From the NCBI GenBank assembly GCA_038248345.1, contig JBBRXO010000011.1:1-40911 (forward strand): 40,911 bases of DNA. The letters are read 5' to 3'. The position numbers were made by a program, and so were the translations under genes. The notes under the pieces are model-generated. The model was not told the origin of the DNA. It ran no database searches and saw nothing but the letters and a program-made list of their open reading frames with translations. Source of the stretch: Armatimonadota bacterium. Lineage in GTDB: Bacteria; Armatimonadota; Hebobacteria; CAIYQO01. Below are positions 1-10,900 of the stretch, piece after piece (the stretch's first letter is position 1; every line of letters begins with the position of its first letter).

Positions 1-6
1 AGTCAT
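1..6 (-). CDS. 5' end (ATG ACT...) of an unidentified gene running off the left edge
   Basis: Minus strand reads GAGGGGGG-catt-ATG ACT (SD-like plus ATG at 6..4), with a sigmaH-like promoter upstream at 65-90. Only two codons are visible. Confidence 0.5.
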
Positions 7-64
7 AATGCCCCCCTCAATAAAATAGTAGTACTCTCGCTATTACAGATACCTGCATTACTCT

Positions 65-90
65 ATTCTTGAAGCAATGGCAAAACTCCT
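65..90 (-). promoter_or_regulatory. Putative sigmaH-like promoter
   Basis: Minus strand AGGA(90-87)-18 nt-GAAT(68-65), matching the B. subtilis sigmaH AGGA-N17/18-GAAT pattern, upstream of the edge gene. Confidence 0.4.
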
Positions 91-168
91 CTTTTTCCTG
101 TAAAATATATTTACAGCGTTTTTTTGACCGATGCCCAGGGACTTTTTGGGACTTATGGGTAATAGACA

Positions 169-323
169 GGGCGGTGCCCCAAGCTATCGAATATTTGCCC
201 TTCAGGCAAAGTCCGTCCCGATAAATTTCAATTTACAGCCTCAAAACAGGCATATTATGCATAATATACCATTCCATTGTGATTGCCTGAAGGGCAATAA
301 TTCGATAGCCTAGGGCAACGCCC
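169..323. repeat. REP doublet (REPIN-like), ~41-bp imperfect inverted repeat
   Basis: 169-209 GGGCGGTGCCCCAAGCTATCGAATATTTGCCCTTCAGGCAA vs revcomp of 283-323 GGGCGTTGCCCTAGGCTATCGAATTATTGCCCTTCAGGCAA. The spacer holds a perfect 16-bp palindrome ATATTATGCATAATAT (252-267). GCCCAGGGACT is directly repeated at 133 and 320. Confidence 0.8.
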
Positions 324-384
324 AGGGACTGATTTGATGCGAAACATCAAACCTTAGGGTTTTGAAATTACCTCCCCTTTGTGT

Positions 385-1635
385 TTATATCTCGCTCATC
401 CGCGCAACGACATCCTCCAGCGCGAGCACTACCTGCTCGGAGTTACTCATATTGCGCAGGATGATCTCCTGGCGGCTCAACTCATCGTCGCCGAGGATGA
501 GGGCGTAGCTGGCATTCTGCCGGTTGGCCTCTTTTAGTTGCGCTTTCAGGCTGCGGCCACCGTAGGATATCGCCGCCGGGATGCCCGCACGGCGCAATTC
601 CGTCGCCAGGGTGAAGACACGCTCGGCAGCGGTTGCTCCCATCGCGGCGAGGAACACCGGGCCGATGGCATCCGGCAGCGGGAAATTATCACCGGCGGAG
701 AGGAGCAAACGTTCTTCCCCCGCGGCGAAGCCGATGGCCGGGGTAGATGGGCCGCCTAACTCTGCTACCAGACCGTCATAACGCCCGCCGGCGAGGACTG
801 TGTTCTGCGCGCCCAGGCCGCCGGTGACGAACTCAAAGGCAGTGCGTGTGTAATAATCCAGCCCACGCACGATATGCGGGTTGATGACGTAGGCCACCCC
901 CGCTTTCTGTAGGTTCTTCTCCACCCCGGCGAGGTGCGTTTTGCACTCGTCGCAGAGGATATCTAGAATTACCGGAGCGTCTTTTGTCAGCTCTTTGCAG
1001 TGTGGCACCTTGCAGTCGAGGATGCGTAGCGGATTGGTATCAAAACGGCGCTCGCAGTCGCCACACAGCTCACCGCGCACACCGGCAATAGCGGAGCGCA
1101 AGGCCTCGCGATATTGCGGGCGGCATGCCGGGCAGCCGACGCTGTTCAGCTCAAGTATAGCATCTGTGATGCCCACTGCCTGCAGAAAATCTGCCGCAAA
1201 GATGAGCAATTCGGCATCTATCTCCGGCCCCGCGGCGCCGAAAGCCTCAATACCCAACTGGTTAAACTGCCGGTAACGGCCTTTTTGCGGGCGCTCGTAG
1301 CGGAATATCGGCCCGGTGTAGCAAAGCTTCTGCACGCCACCTGCAGCCATCAAGTTGTTCTGGATGAGCGCGCGCACCGCCGGTGCCGTGCCCTCCGGGC
1401 GCAACGTGAGTGAATCGCCGCCACGAGTCTCGAAAGTGTACATCTGTTTAGAGACGATGTCCGTCTCCTCACCAACGCTACGGGTGAAAAGCTCGGTGGT
1501 CTCAAAGATGGGGGTGCGGATTTCACCATACCCATACCGAGCGCAAAACTGCCGAAAGATTGCCTCCAGCGCCTGCCACCGCGCGGCATCTGCCGGTAAT
1601 ATATCCTGTGTTCCCCGTGGGGCCGATAAAGCCAT
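385..1635 (-). CDS. hisS: Histidine--tRNA ligase
   Basis: PRGTQD, TPIFE, LRPEGTA, FRYERPQKGRYRQFNQ (motif 2), VRGLDYYT, GGRYDGL, C-terminal anticodon-binding domain; SD CAGGAG. Confidence 0.98.
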   Translation of the reverse strand: MALSAPRGTQDILPADAARWQALEAIFRQFCARYGYGEIRTPIFETTELFTRSVGEETDIVSKQMYTFETRGGDSLTLRPEGTAPAVRALIQNNLMAAGGVQKLCYTGPIFRYERPQKGRYRQFNQLGIEAFGAAGPEIDAELLIFAADFLQAVGITDAILELNSVGCPACRPQYREALRSAIAGVRGELCGDCERRFDTNPLRILDCKVPHCKELTKDAPVILDILCDECKTHLAGVEKNLQKAGVAYVINPHIVRGLDYYTRTAFEFVTGGLGAQNTVLAGGRYDGLVAELGGPSTPAIGFAAGEERLLLSAGDNFPLPDAIGPVFLAAMGATAAERVFTLATELRRAGIPAAISYGGRSLKAQLKEANRQNASYALILGDDELSRQEIILRNMSNSEQVVLALEDVVARMSEI

Positions 1636-1655
1636 AGAAAATTCTCCTGCAACAT

Positions 1656-1684
1656 ATTGTAGCAGGTTGGTGGGGTTAATTCCA
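1656..1684 (-). promoter_or_regulatory. Putative sigma70 promoter of hisS (extended -10)
   Basis: Minus strand TGGAAT-17 nt-TACAAT with TG at the extended position. It overlaps the imperfect palindrome CCTGCAACATATTGTAGCAGG. Confidence 0.5.
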
Positions 1685-1759
1685 GTTACACGCGGCAGTT
1701 AACTGTTCAGAGGTGTCCATACGAATAGTTACGCTTTTTTGTACCGAAATTTTTCACTC

Positions 1760-1824
1760 GGCTCCCCTTCACTCGTCGTAGATCATGAGCTTGCCGAATG
1801 GGAGGGAAGGGGTCGGGGGTTAGG
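1760..1824 (-). repeat. CCTAACCCCC-type REP with a 26-nt insert in its loop
   Basis: Revcomp CCTAACCCCCGACCCCTTCCCTCC...GAAGGGGAGCC resembles 39309-39346 ACCTAACCCCCCATCCCCTTTCCCAGCGGGGAAGGGGG. The loop segment 1775-1800 recurs at 34214-34239. Confidence 0.7.
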
Positions 1825-1846
1825 TTTGACCAACTATTGCGGCTGC

Positions 1847-1889
1847 TAACTAACAACGCCAGCGGCAATACCGCTGGCGTTGTTAGTTA
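1847..1889 (-). terminator. Strong hairpin ending the surface-protein cluster
   Basis: Perfect 19-bp stem TAACTAACAACGCCAGCGG-caata-CCGCTGGCGTTGTTAGTTA, 20 nt after the stop of the 4122-aa gene; the 3' arm is U-rich. Confidence 0.75.
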
Positions 1890-1909
1890 CCCACGATGGT
1901 AAGGTATCC

Positions 1910-4900
1910 CTAGAAGCTTACAAGGATGATATTACTGTCCGCAGATTCCAAAGCTCCTGCCACTGCGCGTACTGTCAGGTTATAGGTGGTTCCTGCTGTG
2001 TAAGTGCCGGTCACTGGCAACGTTACGCCAGCCGCAACGGTACCGATTTTTGTGCCGTTATTATAGACATTATATCCCGTTACTGCCGGGTTACCTACCA
2101 GCGCAACCCAATTGAATGTAATAACGGTTGCGGATACTGTCGAACCAATCTGCGTCACAGCACCTGGCTTCGTAGTAGTCTTAATATCGTCACTATTGAC
2201 GAGGGACTCACCGCCTGCAGAAACTGCTTTAATATTGAACGTATACGCAGTACCTGCTGCCAATCCGGTTACTTTATAGTCCTGAATAGCTGATCCTCCT
2301 GGAACAGATATCGGTGCTGGCCCACCGTAGATTCTATATCCGGTCACACTAGTTTCGGTTACTGGAGACCGCTTCCAATGTAACGTCACGTCGGTAGTAT
2401 TGTTAGTATCGGCAGCAGTCGTTGCCAGCGCCACCTTACTGGGAAATGTGAGACAGGGTTTAGAGTTGCTATCCAGTGACTCCTGTTGCGGTGTGAGTGT
2501 AGTATCCACCACCCGTACCGTCAAATTATGCATGACACCTGGCGACAGGCCCGTCACATCAATTTGCAGTTGACCCAAAACAATAGGAACTTCTTTAACC
2601 ATGGTGCTCAGGTTATCGTAGACACGATACTTGGTTGCTGTGAGGTCCGTTGCTTCGGTAGTCAAGTGAATACTAGCGGTGGTGTCCGTGATAGTGTCAA
2701 TGGATCCGATAGTTACCTTGGTCGGCGCGGTGTAAATATCTACTCCGCCGCTGAGCGCCGATGTTGCGCCATAGGTAACGTTAGTATTGATTGCCTGTAC
2801 TGCATAGTTATATTTAGTCGCCTGCAGCGGAACTGTATTATCCACAAAGGTAGTAGCTGGTGCATTCGAGGATCCTATTTTTACACCTTCACGATAGATA
2901 TCGTAGCGATTGGCGCCGGCCACTACATCCCAAGTCAGTGGAACACGTACATCCGAAAGTGGCTTGTTGGTATCGTCGTAACGCAGATTCAACGGCGCAA
3001 TAATCATCGAGAAGTTGCCCGAAGAACCTAACGACTCGCCCGCATCAATCATTGAGTTACCATTACGGTCAACGAAAGCAGTAACCTGTACAGATGCATA
3101 ATTGGTCAGGTCTGGCGTGAAGCTGATGGACACATTACCTCTCTGATTTCCTATTGTCTTCGTTAGATCGGAGCCGAGATATAGCTTGGCCGCATCATAT
3201 GTACCTGCCTTCACGACAACGTAGAAATCGACCTTGGCATTGTCAATTAACCTTGCGCCAGTATCATCATATACTATTCCGGTAATAGGATAGGTACCCG
3301 CCACGGGGACGTTAGTACTAGTACTTGGTGTGATCACCGCCGTATGACCACGAACAACCCTGACCGGAATAACATTCGTAGTTCTGGTTGTCGAACCAGC
3401 AAGGTCCTTAATCTCAATGGCTAGATTATATGTTCCTTGAATATATCCATAATATACAAACGGTGAATTTGTGCTCCAGCCGTAGGAGTTCCCATCTCTT
3501 TCCCACATGCGAGTAGCGCCACTCCAGATATATGGATCACCAGTTTCAGGAACACCATCTACCAGTAATCTACCTTCATACCCTGCAGGCAATGCATGAT
3601 GAAGGATGTCCTCTAAATTAACCGTAAGAATAGTGTTAGTCACGGCGTCCACACCACTCGGTTCAGGTGCTCTTAATATCGAGTACGCTGATGCATTTGC
3701 AGTGAAGGGGAACTTCGTCGCGTCCGTGATATCCTGACCAGTGTATTTGATTGTCTCTATTGGTAGCGCCAGATACTGGCCCGTTACACGTAAGTTATCA
3801 AATGTCAGATAAGCCAGACCGACGGTGGGATTAAGCTTATCCGACCGCATATAGAACTGTGCTATTCCGTTATTGTTGAATGCCAGGTAGGGTGGTGAAG
3901 GGAAAGGCCCCGATACACCCGCGGAAAATTCATACCCTTGTAGCAGTTGTATCTTGCCAATGCTGGTCTTTACTCTAAAGGCAACTCCCTGCAGTACTAA
4001 TTTGCCTTTATCATCCCTGCCCGTAATTGTAATCAGCGCACTGTCCGTTCCATCTGATAGGAGTGTTTTGGGGGTACCATAATCTAATATCATCTGCGAC
4101 GGTGATATTGGTGTTCCGTCAGGTTTATTAAAGGACAGGTAAGTGCGATTGCGCACTAAAGCAGTGCCCGTTGCGGTGAACCCAGTTAACTGGCTGGTAT
4201 GGTCAGTAGTGACCGCCCAAGCATGAATTGTATATAACCCTGAATAGTTCGAGGCAAATACAGCAACTGCCTGGCCATTTGCATCAGTTTCAACATACTC
4301 TCTACGTACCAAACCATCGCCAATCGTATCGTCTGGATTGGTGAACGGAGAAATATGGCTACTGCTATCCTTGAAGTGCATCGGGAACCCAATCAGCACT
4401 CGTTGGCCGATTTCATCATACACCGTAGCGGTGACATTAACGTTCTCGTCTGAATTCATAGTGGTGATGCCACCAGTAGGATCTTCAAAAACATTTGACG
4501 AACTAGGGTTAACCGGAGTGAGAACTGCGTTGGACGGCGGGCCTACCAATGCCACAGGAGTAGCCTGTGTCTGCAGCGGTACCGGCAAGGTAACTCCAAG
4601 GCTCTCAGCCGCAAAGACCGGCAGACCCAGTTCATTGATGACTGGGGTATACGGGACAGCCGAGTTTGTCGTGCGGCCATGGAATCTGACTATCATCTGG
4701 CCGCTATTGTTCAAGGTTCCGGTGATGACATTACCGATTTTGGTCTGATTCGATGAAACAATCTCGATTTCACCCGGGCCACTACCGATACTGAATGTTA
4801 CCACAGCTCCACTTGCCGCTTTAGCGCCAGCATCCAGGCCGTCCAGGCCGGTGATCGTCAAGTCAGTGTATGTGCGTACACTTTGCGATATCTGATCCGC

Positions 4901-7900
4901 AGGACCCTGTGAGTAATAGATGCGTTCTGCGCCGAGTAGGGCTTGGGCTGTCACTGTCACTCTGGCCACAACCGGAATGGTCGAAGCGGCAAGGGTTTTA
5001 CCGGTGACGGGAGCGCTTGCCGCTGAACTCACCCCCATTAAACTTTTTGCTGCCACGGTGAAGTCAAAGCTGGTGCTCGATGCCAGACCGGTTACTTTAT
5101 AGGTTTGGATATCGGTAGCCGCCCCGACATGCGGCACGGTCATCGGGGTATTTCCATTGGTTAATGTATAGTTAGCCGCTCCGAGCACGCCAGTCCAGGT
5201 GAGTTGGATGGTCGTTGCGGTTATTGCAGCGGCAGTAACAGCCAGATTCTTCGGAGTAGATGGCCGTGTCTGCCCACTCTTCACTAGGCACCAGCCAGAG
5301 ACGGCGGCACCGACGTATGAACGGACAGTATAGAAATAATCGGTACCGCCGGTTAATCCGATATTTGTATAGGGAAGGTCGCCCGGAGCCAGCAGTATGG
5401 AGGCGCCATCCGGAGTGGTGAATGAACCATCAGGATTAGTGTCAACAACCAGACTACGAACCAGGTCATATGATGTTGCTCCGGGAACGGCGGTAATGTT
5501 TACAATCAGCGATTTATCATCAATGCCCGTAGTGATGGTTAGCCCGGTAGGAGTCGGCGGTTTTGTGGTCGTCCCCAGTACGTTAGATGGTGCGGAAATA
5601 ACTCCATTAGCGGATGCAGTAACTCGGTATAGATACGCGGTACTCGGTGATACCGGCGAATCAATAGTAGTCTGCGTAGGCCCGGCGATAGCCGATACTA
5701 TCTGCGGCAACTTCGTCCATGCAGCGCCATCTGTACTTCTTTCTACAGTATAGAATTCGCCAACCCCCGTCCAGCTAAGGGTAACAGTGACATCCGTAGG
5801 TACGACGCTAGTCAATACCGGGGCGGTAGGCAAGGTTGCACCCGTTACCAGCGGAGACCACGCGCTCTTCACGCCGGCTTTGGTGCCGCGTATATGGTAA
5901 TAGTAGAGGGTGGCGGCGGTGAGGCCGGTATCGAAATACGGGAATTGCGATCCGAGGAGGTTTGTCATCGTGCCCACTGGCGAGGCGAAGGTGCCGTTGG
6001 GATTTGTTGCCAACGATGTTGAGCGCTCAACTTCGTACAATGTTACTGTCGCGTCTGGCGTTACCCCAATTCTGAGGGTAGTGGCATTCGTTGGAGTAAC
6101 TGTGAGCCCAGCCGGAGCGATAGGTAAGGTCATACCTGTCACCGGCGTACTGGCGGTGGAGACGGCACCGCTGATGCTATTGGCCGCCACGGTGAAGTCG
6201 TAGCTGGTAGCTGCTGCCAGGCCAGTAAAGGTAAATACCTGGGTGGCTCCCGGCGCTCCCACATGCGGCACGGTGACTAGAGTAGCTAAACCAGTGCGGG
6301 TAACAGTATAGTAGTCTGCCCCGGTGACGCCCGTCCAACTAAGGTCGAGTGTGGTATCGGTGCTGGCAATGGTATTAACCGTGACACCCGTCGGAGTGGT
6401 GAGATCGGTGGTTGCGCTGACCAGCGGAGACCACGCGCTCTTCACGCCGGCTTTAGTGCCGCGTATATGGTAATAGTAGAGGGTGGCGGCGGTGAGGCCG
6501 GTATCGGAATACGGGAATTGCGATCCGATCAGGCTCAACAGCGTACCATCAATGCTAGTGAAGGTTCCATCTGCTTTGGTGGCGGGTGATTTGCTCCGCT
6601 CAACTTCGTAGAGGGTGAGCGTCGCGTCTACCGTAACCCCAAGCTTAATTGTCGAGGCGTTAATCGGTGTTACCGTTAACCCTGCCGGAGCGGCGGGCAT
6701 CGTCTTACCAGTAACTGGCAAGCTGGCGGCGGAAACGGCACCATCATTGCTGTTGGCTACTACGGTGAAGTCGTAGCTGGTAGCAGCGGTAAGACCGGTA
6801 AAGCTGAAGACCTGCGTGGCACCCGGTGCGCCAACGTGCGGTACGGTAACCGTGATGGCCGGGTTGGAGCGGGTAACAGTATAGTAGTCAGCTCCGGTGA
6901 CGCCCGTCCAATTGAGGTCGAGGTTTGTATCGGTACTGGCAATGGTCTTAACCGTGACACCCGTCGGAGTGGTGAGACCGGTGATGCCGCTAACCAGCGG
7001 AGACCACGCGCTCTTCACGCCGGCTTTGGTGCCGCGTATATGGTAATAGTAGAGGGTGGCGGCGGTGAGGCCGGTATCGGAATACGGGAACTGCGATCCG
7101 ATGAGGTTCAGCTTCGTACCCACTGGTGTAGTGAAGGAGCCGTTAGAAATAGTATCTATTGATAGTGAACGCTCAACTTCATAGAGCGTTACAGTAGCAT
7201 CTACCGTGACCCCTAGTTTGATCGACGAAGCATTGAGCGACGTAACCGTAAGTCCTGCCGGAGCGGCGGGCAGGGTCTTCGCTGCCAAGACATTAGAAGG
7301 TGCCGATAGTACCGAGTTCGCCGAAGCGATGATACGATAGAAGGTGGTGGTATCTGGCACTGACGCTACGGTCGCGGTCTGGTTTGGCCCTGCTCCTGCA
7401 GGTGTCGTGGCAATCGGTGTCCAGGTAGTGCCATTCGGACTGGATTCAACATTGTAGAAATCGCCCAGGCCAGTCCAGGTTAATGTGACGGATATATCGG
7501 AAGGGGTAGCGCTTGCCAATACCGGTGCCGCTGGCAATGTTATGCCAGTAGCTATGGTAGACCATGCCGTTTTAACACCAGCTTTGCTGCCGCGGACATG
7601 ATAGTAGTAGATGGTCGCAGCAGAGAGGCCAGTATTAGTATACGGGAACTGACCGCCCGTCAAATTCAATGTCAGGCCATCTTGGCTGGCGAAGGTACCA
7701 TCAGCATTGGTTGTCAGTGACTTGCTGCGTTCGATTTCATAGAGTGAAACCGTTGGGTCAATTGTCATCCCGAGTTTGAGAGTCACTGCATCGACGGAGG
7801 TGACCGTTAGCCCGGTGAGTGCCCCTGGTAGCGTTATGCCGGTGACGGGTAGGCTGGCCGCTGATGTTAATCCACCGGAGTTGTTCGCCACAATCGTGAA

Positions 7901-10900
7901 GTCATAGCTGCTGGCTGCTGTTAGACCAGTGAAAGTGAAGCTCTGAAGAGCATTCGCTACTCCGACGTGGGGAACGATGACCGGTGTAGCCAGGCCGGTG
8001 CGGGTAACTGTATAGTAGTCCGCCCCGGTGACGCCTGTCCAGGTTATGTTGAGTGTCGTATCGGTGCTGGCGCCAGTATTTACGGCGATGCCAGTCGGAG
8101 TGGCGAGGTTAGTAGTGCCGCTGACTAGCGGAGACCACGCGCTCTTCACGCCGGCCTTGGAGCCGCGTATATGATAGTAGTACAGGGTTACGGCAGTGAG
8201 ACCAGTATCAGAATACGGGAATTGCGTGCCGATCAGGTTCAACATCGCGCCGGTTCGCGTGGTGAAGGAACCATCCGCTTTCGTCGCGAACGAGAGGGAG
8301 CGCTCAACTTCATAGAGCGTAACTAATGGATCAACCGTAACAGCAAGCTTGAGTGTCGAAGCGTTGATGGCTGTGACATTCATGCCTACCGGAGCGGCGG
8401 GCAGGGTATTACCGGTTGCCGGCAAGCTGGCGGCGGAGTTGGAACCAGCTGTGCTGTTGGCAATGACGGTGAAGTCATAATTGGTAGCAGCAGTCAAACC
8501 GGTGAAGGTATAAACCTGCGTTGCGCCGGCTGCACCGACATGCGGTACGGTAACCGGATTGCCTAAGCCGGTGCGTGATACTGTGTAGTAATCAGCTCCG
8601 GTGACGCCCGTCCAATTGAGTTCGAGTGTTGTATCGGTGCTGGCAATAACTCTTACCGTAACACCTATGGGGGTGACGAGTCCGGTGGTGCTACTGACAG
8701 AGTTAGACCACGCTGATTTTACCCCCGCTTTAGTTGAGCGGATATGATAGTAATAGACGGTGGCGGCAGTGAGGCCCGTGTCATTATAGGGGAACTGCGA
8801 TCCGCTCAAGGCGATCATTGAACCATCTGGATCGGAGTATATTCCATTTGCTGCAGTGGCCAACGATTTGCTACGCTCAACTTCATAGAGCGTAACTGTC
8901 GGGTCTACCGTAATGCCAAGTCTCAGTGTGACAGCACTGACCGGTATCACTGTTAAGCCTGCCGGAGCGACTGGTAGGGTGGTAACCCCTAGCGAGTTAG
9001 ACGGAGCAGAGACGACGCCACCCGCCGTGGCTACTATGCGATAGAAGGTGGTGGTGCTCGCTACTGCTGCAACGATCGCCGACTGGGCTGGCCCGGCAAC
9101 CGCCGGAACAGTAGACAACAACGTCCAGGTGGTGCCAGTCGGGCTTGATTCGACATTGTAGCTATCGCCATTGCCCGTCCAGCTTAAGGCTACAGTGACA
9201 TCCGTGGGAACAGCACTGAGCAGCACCGGCGCCGATGGTTGAGTGGTACCAGATTTCGCCACGGACCAGGAGGAGGTTATCCCACCGGTGACGCTACGAA
9301 TATGATAGTAATAGGTATGCGCTGCAGTAAGACCAGTATCGCTGTATGGGAATTCCGTTCCAACAGCGGACCATGCACGATCAACGGTGGTGAAGTTAAA
9401 AGTGTTACTGCGTTCGATCTCATAGAAGCCAACCAGCGGATCTACGGTGACATTAAGCTGGAGTGCTTTGTCACTGGTAGCCGTAACGGTTAACCCGGAT
9501 GGAGCAGCAGGCAATGTTTTCGCCATTACCGGCCATGAGCCTTTTGAATTGTTGCCCGTTGCATTGGACGATGCCACCACCATGATGAAGTAAGTGGAGC
9601 TTCCCAGTAAGCCGGTGAGCTGACCTTTTTGCGTGGCAGTCGGCAATCCTACATGGGTGATAATGGTATTTATCGTCCAGGTGGAGGTGGATAAGCCAGT
9701 CGGGCTGGTGTATATCTGATAACCATCAGCGCCATTCACGCCAGTCCAGCTGATATTAACTGTTGAATCTGTGATCGGCGTCGAGACATCGATCATCACA
9801 TTAATCGGGGTCTGCAGTTCTGTCATTGCGCTCACGGGATTGCTATATGACGGAGCGCTGGAGCCGATGGAATCGCCTACTTTGTAGAAGTAGGTGGTGC
9901 CGGGCAGCAACGCGGTGTCACTGTAGCTGAGCGTCGTTGAATTCAAAGACGGTGCGATGACAGTGTAATTGATCTCCGCCGCGGTCTTGCGGGAAATACT
10001 GTAGCTCGAAGCTCCGGCGACGGCATTCCAGACCAGGTCAATCTGTGAACTGGAGATGACGTTGAGTGCCAATCCGGTAGGTGCCGGCGGCAGTGCGATG
10101 ACGTAGACCGGGGCGGACGGCACGGAAGGTACACCACCGCTGTTTGCGATGATGCGGAAATATTGTTTGGATGACGGCGCCACCGATACAATCGAGGTAT
10201 TCAGCACGGCGATGTCGTTGTTACCCGGAGCCGTTTGGACAAGACTCCAGAGCAGATTGTCGGGGCTGGAGTAGATTCCGAAGTTATCCGCGGTACCATC
10301 CCATGTCAATTTGACGGAGCCATTGGTGATGTCATTTATACCTGGAACATGCAGCAACGGCTTCTTCGGGAAAGTGGACGCCTGCAGTGCCGCGGTGAAG
10401 TCCGAGTTAAAGTCTACCTGTCCGGCAGGAGCCAGGGCACGCAGTCGATAGAAGTAGGTGGTTCCCGATTGCGGAACATGGGTGTCATTATAGGTCGTTA
10501 TGTTCTGCGTCGTAGTGTAGATGGTGGTCCATGCCAACGGCGTCAACGGGTTATTGTTCTCCTGAGCGCGTTGGATATCATAACCATAATTGCCTACAGA
10601 ATTCTGCCAGGTAAGGTCGATCTCTTTGTCAGACATTGAAACCAGGGCCAGACCGGTCGGCGCCGCCAGTACTGCTTTCAGCAGAATATCGCTGCCGATC
10701 TTCTTATTAGCAGCATCCGTGAAGCTTAATACGGTGGAACCGTTGGTAATCGGGCTGTTATAGGTGAAGGTCACCTGGCCATCAGATGTGGTATTAGTAG
10801 CGAAGGACTGTACATTGCCGCCGCCCGTGCCTATAGTGCCGTTGGTCACTTTGACAACTACGGACTTGCTGGCCAACGGTAATCCATCTCCGCCATAGAG

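Noticed and set aside
1..6. Calling the edge gene aspS because it follows hisS
   Set aside because: Only two codons are visible, and it is separated from hisS by ~380 bp with its own promoter candidate.
131..313. 60-aa ORF; also 33568-33906, 34074-34313, 35066-35308, 38450-38917, 38822-39010 and 39636-39836
   Set aside because: They run through REP palindromes or antisense to real genes and lack SDs or motifs.
1636..1760. T-box riboswitch upstream of hisS
   Set aside because: No GGTGGnACCGCG T-box motif, and a promoter lies only ~20 nt from the start codon.
5290..9300. Regularly spaced DNA repeats considered as a CRISPR array or DGR template/variable repeats
   Set aside because: Spacing is 558-573 bp, in frame and coding. 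There are no cas or reverse transcriptase genes, and the differences do not look adenine-specific.
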